64,000 nucleotides of DNA, from NCBI GenBank assembly GCA_965232845.1, contig OZ247428.1:1031011-1095010 (forward strand), given 5' to 3'. The notes under the pieces are model-generated. The model was not told where the DNA came from, did not search any database, and saw only the letters and a list, made by a program, of their open reading frames with translations. Of this stretch, positions 20,908 to 29,957 are shown piece by piece. Source of the stretch: Dehalococcoidia bacterium. GTDB lineage: Bacteria; Chloroflexota; Dehalococcoidia; Lucifugimonadales; UBA3495. The stretch's first letter is position 1; the number at the start of each line of letters is the position of its first letter. The translations under genes were made by a program, and so were the position numbers.

Positions 20908-21915
20908 CTATTTGCCGGCCGCCTGCTCCAATTGCCGCTGCTCCAGCCAATTCAGGCTGGACTCAGATTCGACCAATTCGTCGTCAAAGAAGCCGTGGCC
21001 CCGTTTCACCAGGTTCAACCCTTCATAGAACAACAGCCAGGCGATGTGCCGCACAACTTCATCAGGCACTCCATTCGGGTAGAAGGAACGAGGGTTCATG
21101 TCGGGATCGGCATTTACATAGTCTATGGCGTAGAAGTTGCCGTCCTCATGCAGGCAGATTTCAGAGGTAAACTTTTTCATCTGGGAAACCTGCGCGATTC
21201 CCCTCATTATCTTGCGGAGTGGAGCTAGTTTAAAGGTGCTCATCTGGGCCGGCGTCACCAATTGATAATCATGAGTGACCGGATTCCACCAGCATGGGAT
21301 AACCTCACGGCAAATATGGAACAGCCTGAACCAGCCGAGGTGGTTGCCCACGTTTACCGGGCGCAGGCGCTTTTGAATTAGAAACGCATCGGAGTTGGGG
21401 GCCTGTTCCGCAGACCAGTGCAGGGCATCTTCGGATTCAGCGTCCACATCCACGCCCACTCCGGAATCGCCCCAGGCCGGTTTAACCACGAAGGGCACCC
21501 CCAACCGTTTCTTGATCTTGTCACTAATCTTGTAGGTGTCCAGTTCAGACCGATCAACAATTATGGTATCAGGCACCGGTATTTCGTTGTAGACCAGCAT
21601 CTGGTGAAAGCGGCCCTTGTGGGCGGCCTTGGCGGTGAGGTCGGGATCGTCAATTACATGGCCATGCTGCCTTTTTACCTCGCGGGCGAGGGACAAGTAG
21701 GGATCATTCTCGACTGTCTGGTTGGCGGTCAAGTCGAGCAGGACGCGCACCGAAATCTCCTTGGCCCGAAGTTTCTGGTAAAACTCGTTGACCCAGGTAT
21801 CGTTTACCAGAAAGAAGCTGATGTTCATTTGCCCGCATAATTCGCGCATCTTGTGGGCGAAGAAATGGTAGTTAGGGAAGGGGCTGGAGAGAACGATGTC
21901 GATGGACTCCGGCAT
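20908..21915 (-). CDS. ATP-grasp domain protein
   Basis: AAHKGRFHQML, PFVVKPAWGDSGVG, FLIQKR, FYAIDYVN; AGGAGG RBS. Confidence 0.8.
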   Translation of the reverse strand: MPESIDIVLSSPFPNYHFFAHKMRELCGQMNISFFLVNDTWVNEFYQKLRAKEISVRVLLDLTANQTVENDPYLSLAREVKRQHGHVIDDPDLTAKAAHKGRFHQMLVYNEIPVPDTIIVDRSELDTYKISDKIKKRLGVPFVVKPAWGDSGVGVDVDAESEDALHWSAEQAPNSDAFLIQKRLRPVNVGNHLGWFRLFHICREVIPCWWNPVTHDYQLVTPAQMSTFKLAPLRKIMRGIAQVSQMKKFTSEICLHEDGNFYAIDYVNADPDMNPRSFYPNGVPDEVVRHIAWLLFYEGLNLVKRGHGFFDDELVESESSLNWLEQRQLEQAAGK

Positions 21916-21951
21916 AAAAATCCTCCTGAGTTCATTGGGATGAATGAATAT

Positions 21952-21995
21952 AAGAAAAGGCCTATGAGCTGACTCGGTCGAGTCAACCCATAGGC
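21952..21995 (-). terminator. intrinsic terminator between the methyltransferase and ATP-grasp genes
   Basis: gcctatg-agc-tgactcg-gt-cgagtca-acc-cataggc hairpin with CTTTTCTT following on the minus strand. Confidence 0.6.
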
Positions 21996-22109
21996 TACTA
22001 CCTATCCGCTGATTCTGGTTATTGCCTTTTGTTGCTACTTATGGCTATTTTCGGGAATCCTGAAGGACTGAGACCAGTTCCCATTGCCTTTGGATTCTCC
22101 CGCCTCTTT

Positions 22110-22943
22110 CTATTTTCTGCAGATGTACAAACCCCAGCCCAGTTCCCCCTGCTGTATTGCCTCAACCATCCGGTCGTAGGCAAAGGAGAGGGCGGAAAAT
22201 GTATCCGGATCCCTTTCCTGCTGTCTCTCGGCCATCCGGCCAAGACAGTAATAGCTTTTTCGCAGGTTTTCCGAAAGATCGAAGGCCTCTACGACCTCAA
22301 AGCCTGCGTCCTGCAGAGCGTCCTGGTAGCCTTGGAAGCTGAAGTCAGTGTCAAAAAGCAGGCGGTCGTACACGTACTTTCGCGCCGTATCGCTAATGTC
22401 CGGGCGGGGCTTGATGAGGTCGTCAAATACGAAGCACCCTTCGGGCTGCAACACCCGGTAGGCTTCGGCCAGGGCGGCTTCTTTGTCGTGGACGTGATAG
22501 ATGGTGGCCTGACTCCAGACGTGACTGAATGTCCCGTCTTCCTGAGGCAACTCGGTGGCGGATCCTTTTACGAAGGACAGCAGTGGCTGCAAGTCAGCGG
22601 GTTGCGACGCGATGGAGTCGATGGCGTTGTTGATGCGGACGCCGCTGAGGTCGATGCCCGTTACCTGGCAGCGGGCCTGGCGGGCCAGCCACAACGAGGT
22701 GTTTCCATTTCCGCAGCCCAGGTCCAGCACTTTAGCGTCTGGGCCGATATGGGCTTTCTCCAACATTACCCCGTTCAGGCGGATGCAGGCTTCCAGGAAA
22801 TCTTCCCTTACGCGGGGGCCCACTTCCCGTTCAAACCATCCCCAGTGAAGGCTGCCCTCCTGGTCCCAGAAGGAACGGTAAAGCGCGTCCTCCGCGTCAT
22901 AAAATGCCTCGGTCTCTTGCTCAGTAAATCGGCTAGTGCTCAT
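22110..22943 (-). CDS. class I SAM-dependent methyltransferase (gamma-tocopherol/sarcosine N-methyltransferase-like)
   Basis: FYDxxDALYxxFW...LHWGWF, VLDLGCGNG, VTGIDLS, EAYRVLQPEG. Confidence 0.88.
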   Translation of the reverse strand: MSTSRFTEQETEAFYDAEDALYRSFWDQEGSLHWGWFEREVGPRVREDFLEACIRLNGVMLEKAHIGPDAKVLDLGCGNGNTSLWLARQARCQVTGIDLSGVRINNAIDSIASQPADLQPLLSFVKGSATELPQEDGTFSHVWSQATIYHVHDKEAALAEAYRVLQPEGCFVFDDLIKPRPDISDTARKYVYDRLLFDTDFSFQGYQDALQDAGFEVVEAFDLSENLRKSYYCLGRMAERQQERDPDTFSALSFAYDRMVEAIQQGELGWGLYICRK

Positions 22944-23291
22944 AATCTGCCCCTTCAAAGTATTGGACGAACCGGTTGACCTGGCCCACCAGGATCATCT
23001 GCGGCTCGATGGCCCTTCAGAGGCCTCGAACATCAGGATAATAAGGCAGTCGCCTTCCTGGCACAACCGGGCGCCGGCCTCCTGCACCGACACCTCACCG
23101 GAGCTCCACTTCCCGGGCAAAGCGTAGGTCTCCCACCTTTGGCCATTGGTGGCGTTGCAAAGGAGGACCTTCTCATATTGCCACATGTCCACCTTGTCCA
23201 TGAGAGCGGCGTCGATAAGCACGCTGCCTATGTAGTCGGGGTTCGCGCCGGTTACCCAGGCAGGTGGGTCTTGGATCTTGATGCTCTTCAC
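22933..23291 (-). pseudogene. panD: aspartate 1-decarboxylase (PanD)-like gene with apparent frameshifts
   Basis: VTGANPDYIGSVLID...EKV...NATNGQRWETY...GAR...GDCLII core; the N-terminal RSKTH and C-terminal IEPQMILVGQVNRF segments are in other frames. Confidence 0.75.
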
Positions 23292-23419
23292 ATTCAGAGT
23301 AACCCCTAGCCTAAGTTATCGGATTTTATGGGCACGACAGTGGTCGTGAACTGGTCACCATAGCATAGGTGCACTACGGTTCAACAACCAGACTTGGGGG
23401 AGAAAGACCGCAAGAATAC

Positions 23420-23731
23420 AGCTAGTGCAATGGAGATAGGAGGGCCGACGCGGATGGACAAGTCCAAATGGGACCAATCGTCCGATTCGGTGAACTCCGC
23501 CACCATCGACTCGGCCAGGTCTTACTTGATCTGCAGGATGCTGTCTTCCAGGCGCAGTGCAGGAAAATCCGAGTCCGCTAAAATCAGGTCCGGATCCTCA
23601 TTGATTAACGTGTTGAAAATATCTCCGTGGTCCGACACCTCTGCCACCATATCAAAATCCCCATACTTGGACGAGATAAGTGCCAAGCCGTAACCAAAAG
23701 CAAGAAGACGGTGAATGACTGCGACCCTCAT
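23420..23731 (-). pseudogene. degraded response-regulator receiver domain (NarL-like)
   Basis: MRVAVIH...FDMVAEVSD...PDLILAD...QIK* then continues in frame DLAESMVAEFTESDD. Confidence 0.55.
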
Positions 23732-23836
23732 AACCACTAATCCCTCTTTACGGGGCCATTATCTATGGTTAAGAAGGGCAAATTGGCAAGTGGAACAGTG
23801 AACCTGGAGGAACAAGCAGAAAAAGGTGTGAAAACT

Positions 23837-23912
23837 TGGTGGAGCTGGGGGGACTCGAACCCCCTACCTCTTCAATGCCATTGAAGCGCTCTCCCAGCTG
23901 AGCTACAGCCCC
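23837..23912 (-). tRNA. tRNA-Ala(GGC)
   Basis: GGGGCTGTAGCTCAGCTGGGAGAGCGCTTCAATGGCATTGAAGAGGTAGGGGGTTCGAGTCCCCCCAGCTCCACCA; 76 nt, G3:U70, encoded CCA. Confidence 0.98.
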
Positions 23913-23944
23913 ACTCTTGGAGGGACGTCCGAAAACGCCGCTAT

Positions 23945-23973
23945 AGGATAGCAAAACCCGGCTGCTGCTGCAA
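23945..23973 (-). promoter_or_regulatory. sigma70-type promoter for tRNA-Ala, overlapping the upstream terminator hairpin
   Basis: TTGCAG-N17-TATCCT with an extended TG; overlaps aaacccgg...ccgggttt. Confidence 0.55.
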
Positions 23974-24014
23974 CCGGGTTTCTACGATCATAAATGGTTC
24001 CCCGAATTTTGCCG

Positions 24015-24932
24015 TTAGCCCTGGCGCATGAACTTAACAACGGTTCGGCCAGTGCTTCCCTCATAAGGTTCAACCACGTATATGTCCTTCTGCGAGTCTA
24101 CCCAGATTCCATGGCAGGACCGGTGGGTCAATGAACCCCACTGCGCCAGCAGCTCGCCTTCCAGGTTAAGAATGCTCACCAGGCCACCATTGTGTTCGGC
24201 CACGTAGACTATGTCCTCGTCATCAACATAGATAACGGCAGGGCCTATCAGCTTAGTGGGGAAGTCGGTAACGTGTTCGCCTTCCTGGTCAAAAACCTGA
24301 ATGCGGTCGTTCTCGCGATCCGCAATGAGGAGCCGACCCCGAGGGTCAATCCACGCCCCGTGGGGCAAATTGAACTGTCCAGGTCCCGAACCAGGGCCGC
24401 CCCAGGACTTTATCAGCCCACCTTCAGGAGTGAACTTGTGAACCCGGGCGTTTGCGTACCCGTCGGCAATGAACACCTCGCCCGCTTCATTTACCGCGAT
24501 GCCCGCCGGAAGGTTGAAGGGCTCCGCGCCGCGAACCACATCGGGCCAGGCATTGGAGCTGAACACTGTGTTATCCACGCCCGTGTCGGAACGGTAGCCC
24601 TTGGTCCCGATGGTCATCAGCAGTTCGCCGTCTGGCGTGAACTTCATTATCTGGCCGTCGTTCCGCTCCACCAGCCAGACATTGTCCTGGGCGTCGATGA
24701 ATATGGCGTGGGGGAACAGAAACAGGCCTGCGCCCCAGGAATTCAGGTAATTGCCTTCCCGATCAAAAATCACTACCGGATGCTCGGGGTCGCGATTGAA
24801 ACAATAGACGCGGTCCTGGGAATCTCCGTAAACTGCCGCAGCGGGCATGGACCAGCCTTCTGGCACCTTGGCCCAGTCAGTATGCATTTCGTAAGTGTAC
24901 TTCCCGTTGCCGACAATGGTTCTAGTCGTCAC
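24015..24932 (-). CDS. NHL-repeat protein, peptidyl-alpha-hydroxyglycine amidating lyase-like
   Basis: FPHAIFID, FIADGYANARVHKF, FNLPHG, IADRENDRIQVF. Confidence 0.85.
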   Translation of the reverse strand: MTTRTIVGNGKYTYEMHTDWAKVPEGWSMPAAAVYGDSQDRVYCFNRDPEHPVVIFDREGNYLNSWGAGLFLFPHAIFIDAQDNVWLVERNDGQIMKFTPDGELLMTIGTKGYRSDTGVDNTVFSSNAWPDVVRGAEPFNLPAGIAVNEAGEVFIADGYANARVHKFTPEGGLIKSWGGPGSGPGQFNLPHGAWIDPRGRLLIADRENDRIQVFDQEGEHVTDFPTKLIGPAVIYVDDEDIVYVAEHNGGLVSILNLEGELLAQWGSLTHRSCHGIWVDSQKDIYVVEPYEGSTGRTVVKFMRQG

Positions 24933-25129
24933 GGTGCGCCTCCTTCAATGTTGCTTGCTTCGGTAATTGTTGACCCGGCCCTGATTATGACAAGGTTACC
25001 CGGACAGGTCAATTAGACCGTAGTTTGTGGCCGGCTTCGACGGGACAACTCGAGTATCGGCAACGTTCCCCATAAGGTAAACTGGAACTACAGAAGAATT
25101 CTTGTCCAAACACACACTGGAGCATAGAA

Positions 25130-25318
25130 ATGGCAGACGGTGCGAAAGAAGACTCTACAGCCGAGGTGCTCGAACAGCTGAGACGGCAAGCCGAAATTCG
25201 ATGGGGACCGGATTATGTAAAGGATCATCAAGCGTTACTGCAACAGGCTGCCGATTACATAGTTAGTATCGCTGGCCACCTGCCGGCCACGGAGACTGAA
25301 CCCGGATTCTACCAATAG
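25130..25318 (+). CDS. small helical protein, putative AtzG/GatC-like amidase partner
   Basis: 62 aa, GGAG RBS, directly upstream of an amidase, ends EPGFYQ. Confidence 0.6.
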   Translation: MADGAKEDSTAEVLEQLRRQAEIRWGPDYVKDHQALLQQAADYIVSIAGHLPATETEPGFYQ

Positions 25319-25375
25319 AATTACCAGTCTGGGGACCGCTGGTTAGCGCAATATCATCGTGGACAGGAGGAGACC

Positions 25376-26734
25376 ATGGCCGAGCCCTACACCCTCAGTG
25401 TGTTCGAAGCCGCCGAGCAAATTCGCACTGGATTGCTGTCGCCAGGCGACTACGCCGGCGCGTTGCTTGACCGAATTGATGCCCATGACCCCGACCTGCA
25501 AGCCTGGGTTACCATCGACCGGGAGGCGGTAATCAGCGACGCCCGCCAAAGAGAACAAGACCTGGAGATGGCAGTATCGAACATTATGCACGGGGTTCCC
25601 GTGGGACTGAAGGACATCTTTTACACCGCGGGAATGAAGACCACCGCATGCTCCAGAATCTACGCTGACTTTGTGCCCGACTATGACGCCACCTGCGTCA
25701 CCAAGCTTAAGGAAGCGGGCGCAATTATCTTGGGGAAGGCCGTAACCACCGAGTTCGCAACTTCTGACCCGTCACCTTCCAGGAACCCCTGGAACCGCGA
25801 ACACACTCCGGGCGGGTCGAGCAGCGGGTCGTCAGTGGCGGTCGCCGCCGGAATGTGTCCGGCAGCCCTGGGTTCCCAGACTGGGGGCTCCACGTGCCGC
25901 CCCGCCGCTTATAACGGCATCGTTGGCTTGAAACCCACCTACGGTCGTATCAGCCGCTACGGAGTTGTGCCCGTCAGTTGGTCCCTGGACACCGTTGGGA
26001 TCCTGGTAAGAACCGTGACCGACGCGGCGATCCTGTTGCAAGCCATGGCAGGTCACGATCCCAATGACCCGGGCTCAGCCGAAGTACCAGTTCCCGATTT
26101 TCTGGAGGAAATGGGCCGAAATAGCGGGCCGCCGAGATTAGGACTCCTCAGGCAGGGATATTTCTTTGACCGCTCGACCGAGGAAGTCCGTCAACATACT
26201 CTCAATGTGGCCGCACAATTGGCACAGGCCGGTGCAGTCATCGAGGAAGTGGAATTGCCCGAAAGCTTCGACGCTGCTCCAGACGTTCAACGAGTAGTAA
26301 TGAACGTCGAGTGCGCAGCCTTTCACGAGGAATTCTTTCGGCATAGGGCCGACGAATATGGTCCCAGGCTAAGGGCCAATATCGAAATGGGCCAACTGAT
26401 TCCCAGCGTCACTTACCTGCATGCCCAGCGCCTGCGCCGGGAGTTCCGGCGAGACCTGTCTGCACTGGCCGGCAACGTTGATGCCCTGCTCATGCCCGCC
26501 ACTCCGGCGCCGGCGCCCAGGGATCTGGACACCACTGGGGACGCAGCTTTTCAGGCTCCCTGGACCTCTGCCGGACTGCCGACAGTAGTGGTTCCCTCTG
26601 GCCTGAGTGAAGAAGGTCTGCCCCTGGGCGTACAGTTTGCTGCTGAGCCTTTCAAAGAGGGTCGGTTGCTGGGGGTAGCTCGCTGGTGTGAAGCGGCGCT
26701 GAACTTGGACTTGCGCCCGCCGGACTACAGTTAA
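25376..26734 (+). CDS. amidase signature family protein
   Basis: GVPVGLKD, TPGGSSSGS, GSQTGGS. Confidence 0.92.
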   Translation: MAEPYTLSVFEAAEQIRTGLLSPGDYAGALLDRIDAHDPDLQAWVTIDREAVISDARQREQDLEMAVSNIMHGVPVGLKDIFYTAGMKTTACSRIYADFVPDYDATCVTKLKEAGAIILGKAVTTEFATSDPSPSRNPWNREHTPGGSSSGSSVAVAAGMCPAALGSQTGGSTCRPAAYNGIVGLKPTYGRISRYGVVPVSWSLDTVGILVRTVTDAAILLQAMAGHDPNDPGSAEVPVPDFLEEMGRNSGPPRLGLLRQGYFFDRSTEEVRQHTLNVAAQLAQAGAVIEEVELPESFDAAPDVQRVVMNVECAAFHEEFFRHRADEYGPRLRANIEMGQLIPSVTYLHAQRLRREFRRDLSALAGNVDALLMPATPAPAPRDLDTTGDAAFQAPWTSAGLPTVVVPSGLSEEGLPLGVQFAAEPFKEGRLLGVARWCEAALNLDLRPPDYS

Positions 26735-26744
26735 GCGCCTGCAA

Positions 26745-28190
26745 ATGGGTCCTTCCCGAACCGGCCCCACTTCCTACGACTTTGTAGTCATTGGCGGAGG
26801 CTCCGCAGGTCTGACGGCCGCCAGATTTGCCGCCCGGCTAGGCCGCAGAGTCGCCATCATCGAGGCCGACCGTCTCGGCGGAGATTGTACGTGGACAGGT
26901 TGTGTCCCCAGCAAAGCGTTAATCGCGGCAGCCCGGACTGCCAACACTGTTCGTGAGGCGCTGAATTTCGGCATCGAGACATCTGAACCTTCAGCTAATT
27001 TCCCGGCGGTCATGGCCCGGGTTGGCTCCGTCATAGACGAGATTTACCATCCTGAAACTCCGGAAGCACTGCAGGACCAGGGCATTGACACTTACTTCGG
27101 CAATGCCGAGTTTCTTGACCCATACACGGTGCTTGCCGGTGACACTACGATTCAATTCAGGAAGCTTCTGATTTGCACCGGTGCTTCTCCTTCCGTTCCA
27201 CCCATAGCGGGACTGGACCAAACATGTTTCCTTACCTATGAAACCCTGTGGAAATTGGAAACACTACCCAATCATCTCTTGGTTGTCGGAGGGGGTCCAA
27301 TAGGCTGTGAACTCGCCCAGGCATTTCGCCGGTTAGGGTCTAAAGTGACTCTGCTTGAAGCCACGGGGAGATTGCTGGGACAAGACGAACCGGAGGTTTC
27401 TGAACTCGTTGCCAGCATTATGTCATCGGAAGGTGTAGGGATAGAACTAGGGCATCCGGTAAGTTCGGTTTCAGGTACGGAGGCGCAAGTCCGCTTGGTT
27501 TCTGAGGGCAGCAAATGGATTAGCGACCGCTTGCTTGTTGCCACCGGGCGCACTCCAAGAGTACAAGGCATGCAGCTGGAGAACGCTGGTGTCGACTATT
27601 CGCCAAGAGGCATCAAGGTGGACAGTTTCTTGCGGACTTCCCAGCATCACATATTTGCTGCCGGAGATTGCACAGGGGCTTTCCAATTTACGCACTATGC
27701 GGGCTGGCAGGGATTCATGGCTGCTCGAAATGCGCTGCTGCCAGGGAGGTCTCGGGGCGTAATGGACAACGTGCCCCGGGCAACATTCACCGACCCGGAA
27801 ATTGCTCAGGTGGGTCTCACAGAAGTTCAGGCCAGGGAACGATATGGCGAATCCGTAAAGACAGTTATGTGGCCTTTGGAAAAGTCGGACCGGGCGGTTA
27901 TCGATCAAACAAAGAGGGGATTCATTAAAGCGGTAACTGACGCGAAGGGCAGGGTCCTGGGGGCCTCGGTAGTGAGCCCAAGGGCGGGCGAAATGATTCA
28001 CGAGTGGGCATTAGCCATCGACCATAGGCTCAAGTTGGGGGATCTGGCCAATACCTTGCACGTCTATCCCACGTACTCAATGAGCACCATGCAGATGGCC
28101 GCCGAGCACCGGGTCTCCCGACTGCTGGACGGCCTTAGCGGCAACATTATTAGAGCCCTGACTCGACTCGGCAATCTTTCCCGCCGATAA
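26745..28190 (+). CDS. pyridine nucleotide-disulfide oxidoreductase (dihydrolipoyl dehydrogenase/mercuric reductase-like family)
   Basis: IGGGSAG, GGDCTWTGCVPSK, GGGPIGCE, HVYPT. Confidence 0.88.
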   Translation: MGPSRTGPTSYDFVVIGGGSAGLTAARFAARLGRRVAIIEADRLGGDCTWTGCVPSKALIAAARTANTVREALNFGIETSEPSANFPAVMARVGSVIDEIYHPETPEALQDQGIDTYFGNAEFLDPYTVLAGDTTIQFRKLLICTGASPSVPPIAGLDQTCFLTYETLWKLETLPNHLLVVGGGPIGCELAQAFRRLGSKVTLLEATGRLLGQDEPEVSELVASIMSSEGVGIELGHPVSSVSGTEAQVRLVSEGSKWISDRLLVATGRTPRVQGMQLENAGVDYSPRGIKVDSFLRTSQHHIFAAGDCTGAFQFTHYAGWQGFMAARNALLPGRSRGVMDNVPRATFTDPEIAQVGLTEVQARERYGESVKTVMWPLEKSDRAVIDQTKRGFIKAVTDAKGRVLGASVVSPRAGEMIHEWALAIDHRLKLGDLANTLHVYPTYSMSTMQMAAEHRVSRLLDGLSGNIIRALTRLGNLSRR

Positions 28191-28205
28191 AACACTCCCC
28201 GTTTG

Positions 28206-29612
28206 CTAAACCGGCGGGCGGGTTTCAAACCAGCGGGACGCCTGTTCGTAGCTATAGGCGACCCGAAGCACAGTTGCCTCGTCAAAAGGCTTTCCCGCTA
28301 TTTGCAGGCCAATGGGGAGGCCCTGGGAAGAAAACCCGCCGGGCACCGAAATAGCAGGGAGGCCGCTGGCGTTAAAAGGACCGGTAAAGCTGGGGCCCGC
28401 CAGGGTAGAGGAACCTGTATATCCTTGAAAGGCTGCCGCGGGTTTTGGGGACGTTGGAGTGACCAGCACATCAACTTCCCTGAGCACATCGGCCATTTCC
28501 CGCTTGATCAACCGGCGCACCCGTTGAGCCTGTATGTAGTCGCTGATGGTCAGCAGACCTCCCAAGAGGAACCGGTTCCGCACCATATCGCCGTAATCGT
28601 GACGGCGCGTCTTCAGATTCTGCTCGTGGTAGGCGAAAGCCTCTCCCATCATTATGGCCTGGTTGGCAAAACGTGACTGCTCAACGTGAGGTATGTCCAC
28701 ATCCCTGACTTCCGCACCCAACTCCGCCATAACCTCCAGGCCTCCTTCGATGGCTGCCAGGGTTTCGGGTTCCACGTTCGGACCGGACTCGAAAAAGTAG
28801 CGGCGCGGGACGCCGATCGTCATTCCCTTGATGCCGTCCTTGAGATTAACGGTGTAGTCCGCTACAGGCGCAGTAGAAGTGGTGGGGTCTTTGGGATCGT
28901 GGCCAGCCAGTGCCTGCAGCATCAACGCATTGTCTTCCACCGTCCAGGTCATCGGCCCACAATGGTCCTGCGACCAGGACAGGGGAACAACACCGTAATT
29001 GCTAACCCGACCATAAGTAGGTTTAATGCCAACTATACTGCACATGGAGGCCGGTCCACGGATTGACCCACCGGTGTCTGAACCAAGGGCGCCCATGCAC
29101 AGCCCGGCAGCTACGGCAGATCCCGAACCGCTGCTGGAGCCACCCGGAATGTGGTCCAGATTCCAGGGGTTGCGGGCCGGAGGGAAAAGGCTGGAGGAAT
29201 CGGGGCCGCCAAGGGCAAATTCGTGCATCGCCAGCTTGCCCAGCAAAATGGTGCCGGCATCATTCAGCTTTGCAACAGTGGTGGCGTCTTCAGTCGGTAC
29301 CCGATTCGGGGTGACCCGAGACATGGCAGTTGTCAAAATACCGGCAGTGTCGTAGAGGTCTTTTAGGCCTATGGGAATTCCGTGAAGTGGTCCTCGGTAG
29401 TTGCCACGCAGGATGTCCGCCTCTACTTCCCTGGCCTGGGCCAAAGCCCGCTCGGGCAAGGGAGTAACGTAGGCGTGAAGTGTGCTGTTCAGAGTACCGA
29501 TCCGGTCCAAATAAGCCCTTACCAACTCCACCGGGGACAACTGCCGATCCCTCAGCAATGCACTGGCCTCGGTTATGGTCAAATAACAAAGTTCAGACGC
29601 GTTAGCAGACAT
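28206..29612 (-). CDS. amidase signature family protein
   Basis: GIPIGLKD, PGGSSSGS, GSDTGGSIRGPA. Confidence 0.92.
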   Translation of the reverse strand: MSANASELCYLTITEASALLRDRQLSPVELVRAYLDRIGTLNSTLHAYVTPLPERALAQAREVEADILRGNYRGPLHGIPIGLKDLYDTAGILTTAMSRVTPNRVPTEDATTVAKLNDAGTILLGKLAMHEFALGGPDSSSLFPPARNPWNLDHIPGGSSSGSGSAVAAGLCMGALGSDTGGSIRGPASMCSIVGIKPTYGRVSNYGVVPLSWSQDHCGPMTWTVEDNALMLQALAGHDPKDPTTSTAPVADYTVNLKDGIKGMTIGVPRRYFFESGPNVEPETLAAIEGGLEVMAELGAEVRDVDIPHVEQSRFANQAIMMGEAFAYHEQNLKTRRHDYGDMVRNRFLLGGLLTISDYIQAQRVRRLIKREMADVLREVDVLVTPTSPKPAAAFQGYTGSSTLAGPSFTGPFNASGLPAISVPGGFSSQGLPIGLQIAGKPFDEATVLRVAYSYEQASRWFETRPPV

Positions 29613-29675
29613 TGCGACCCCCGTGTGCTCGAATAGCCCTCAGCAACAAGGAACTTGCCATTTCATTGCCGCTGC

Positions 29676-29876
29676 CTAATTCCACTCCGGATCAAAACTT
29701 ACGGCCGGCAAGTCCAGTTCCAATAAAGGATCGTGGAGCGCATCCAGCTGTCCCAACAACTGTTGGTACATGGGAAGCAAGTGGTCAAGCTCCGCCTGGT
29801 CCAGTTCCAACCCAGCTCGCTGGACAACTATTCGAAACTGTTCCATGGTCATCGGTTCCGGTTGGGACGTGCTCAT
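29676..29876 (-). CDS. small helical protein, putative AtzG/GatC-like amidase partner
   Basis: 66 aa, RAGLELDQAELDHL...PAVSFDP; directly upstream of an amidase. Confidence 0.65.
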   Translation of the reverse strand: MSTSQPEPMTMEQFRIVVQRAGLELDQAELDHLLPMYQQLLGQLDALHDPLLELDLPAVSFDPEWN

Positions 29877-29957
29877 TGTTATCCCCCTGAACCCAGGTGA
29901 GAAAATACCCTGCGTCCTTGCAGGTCACTTTGAAGCTGAAAACCTCAGGCCAGTAAC

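Noticed and set aside
26745-28190. Mercuric reductase merA
   Set aside because: No C-terminal Cys-Cys pair, no NmerA domain and no mer genes nearby.
25130-29876. gatC-gatA (tRNA amidotransferase)
   Set aside because: No gatB is present, and the amidases lack the GatA-specific features I would expect.
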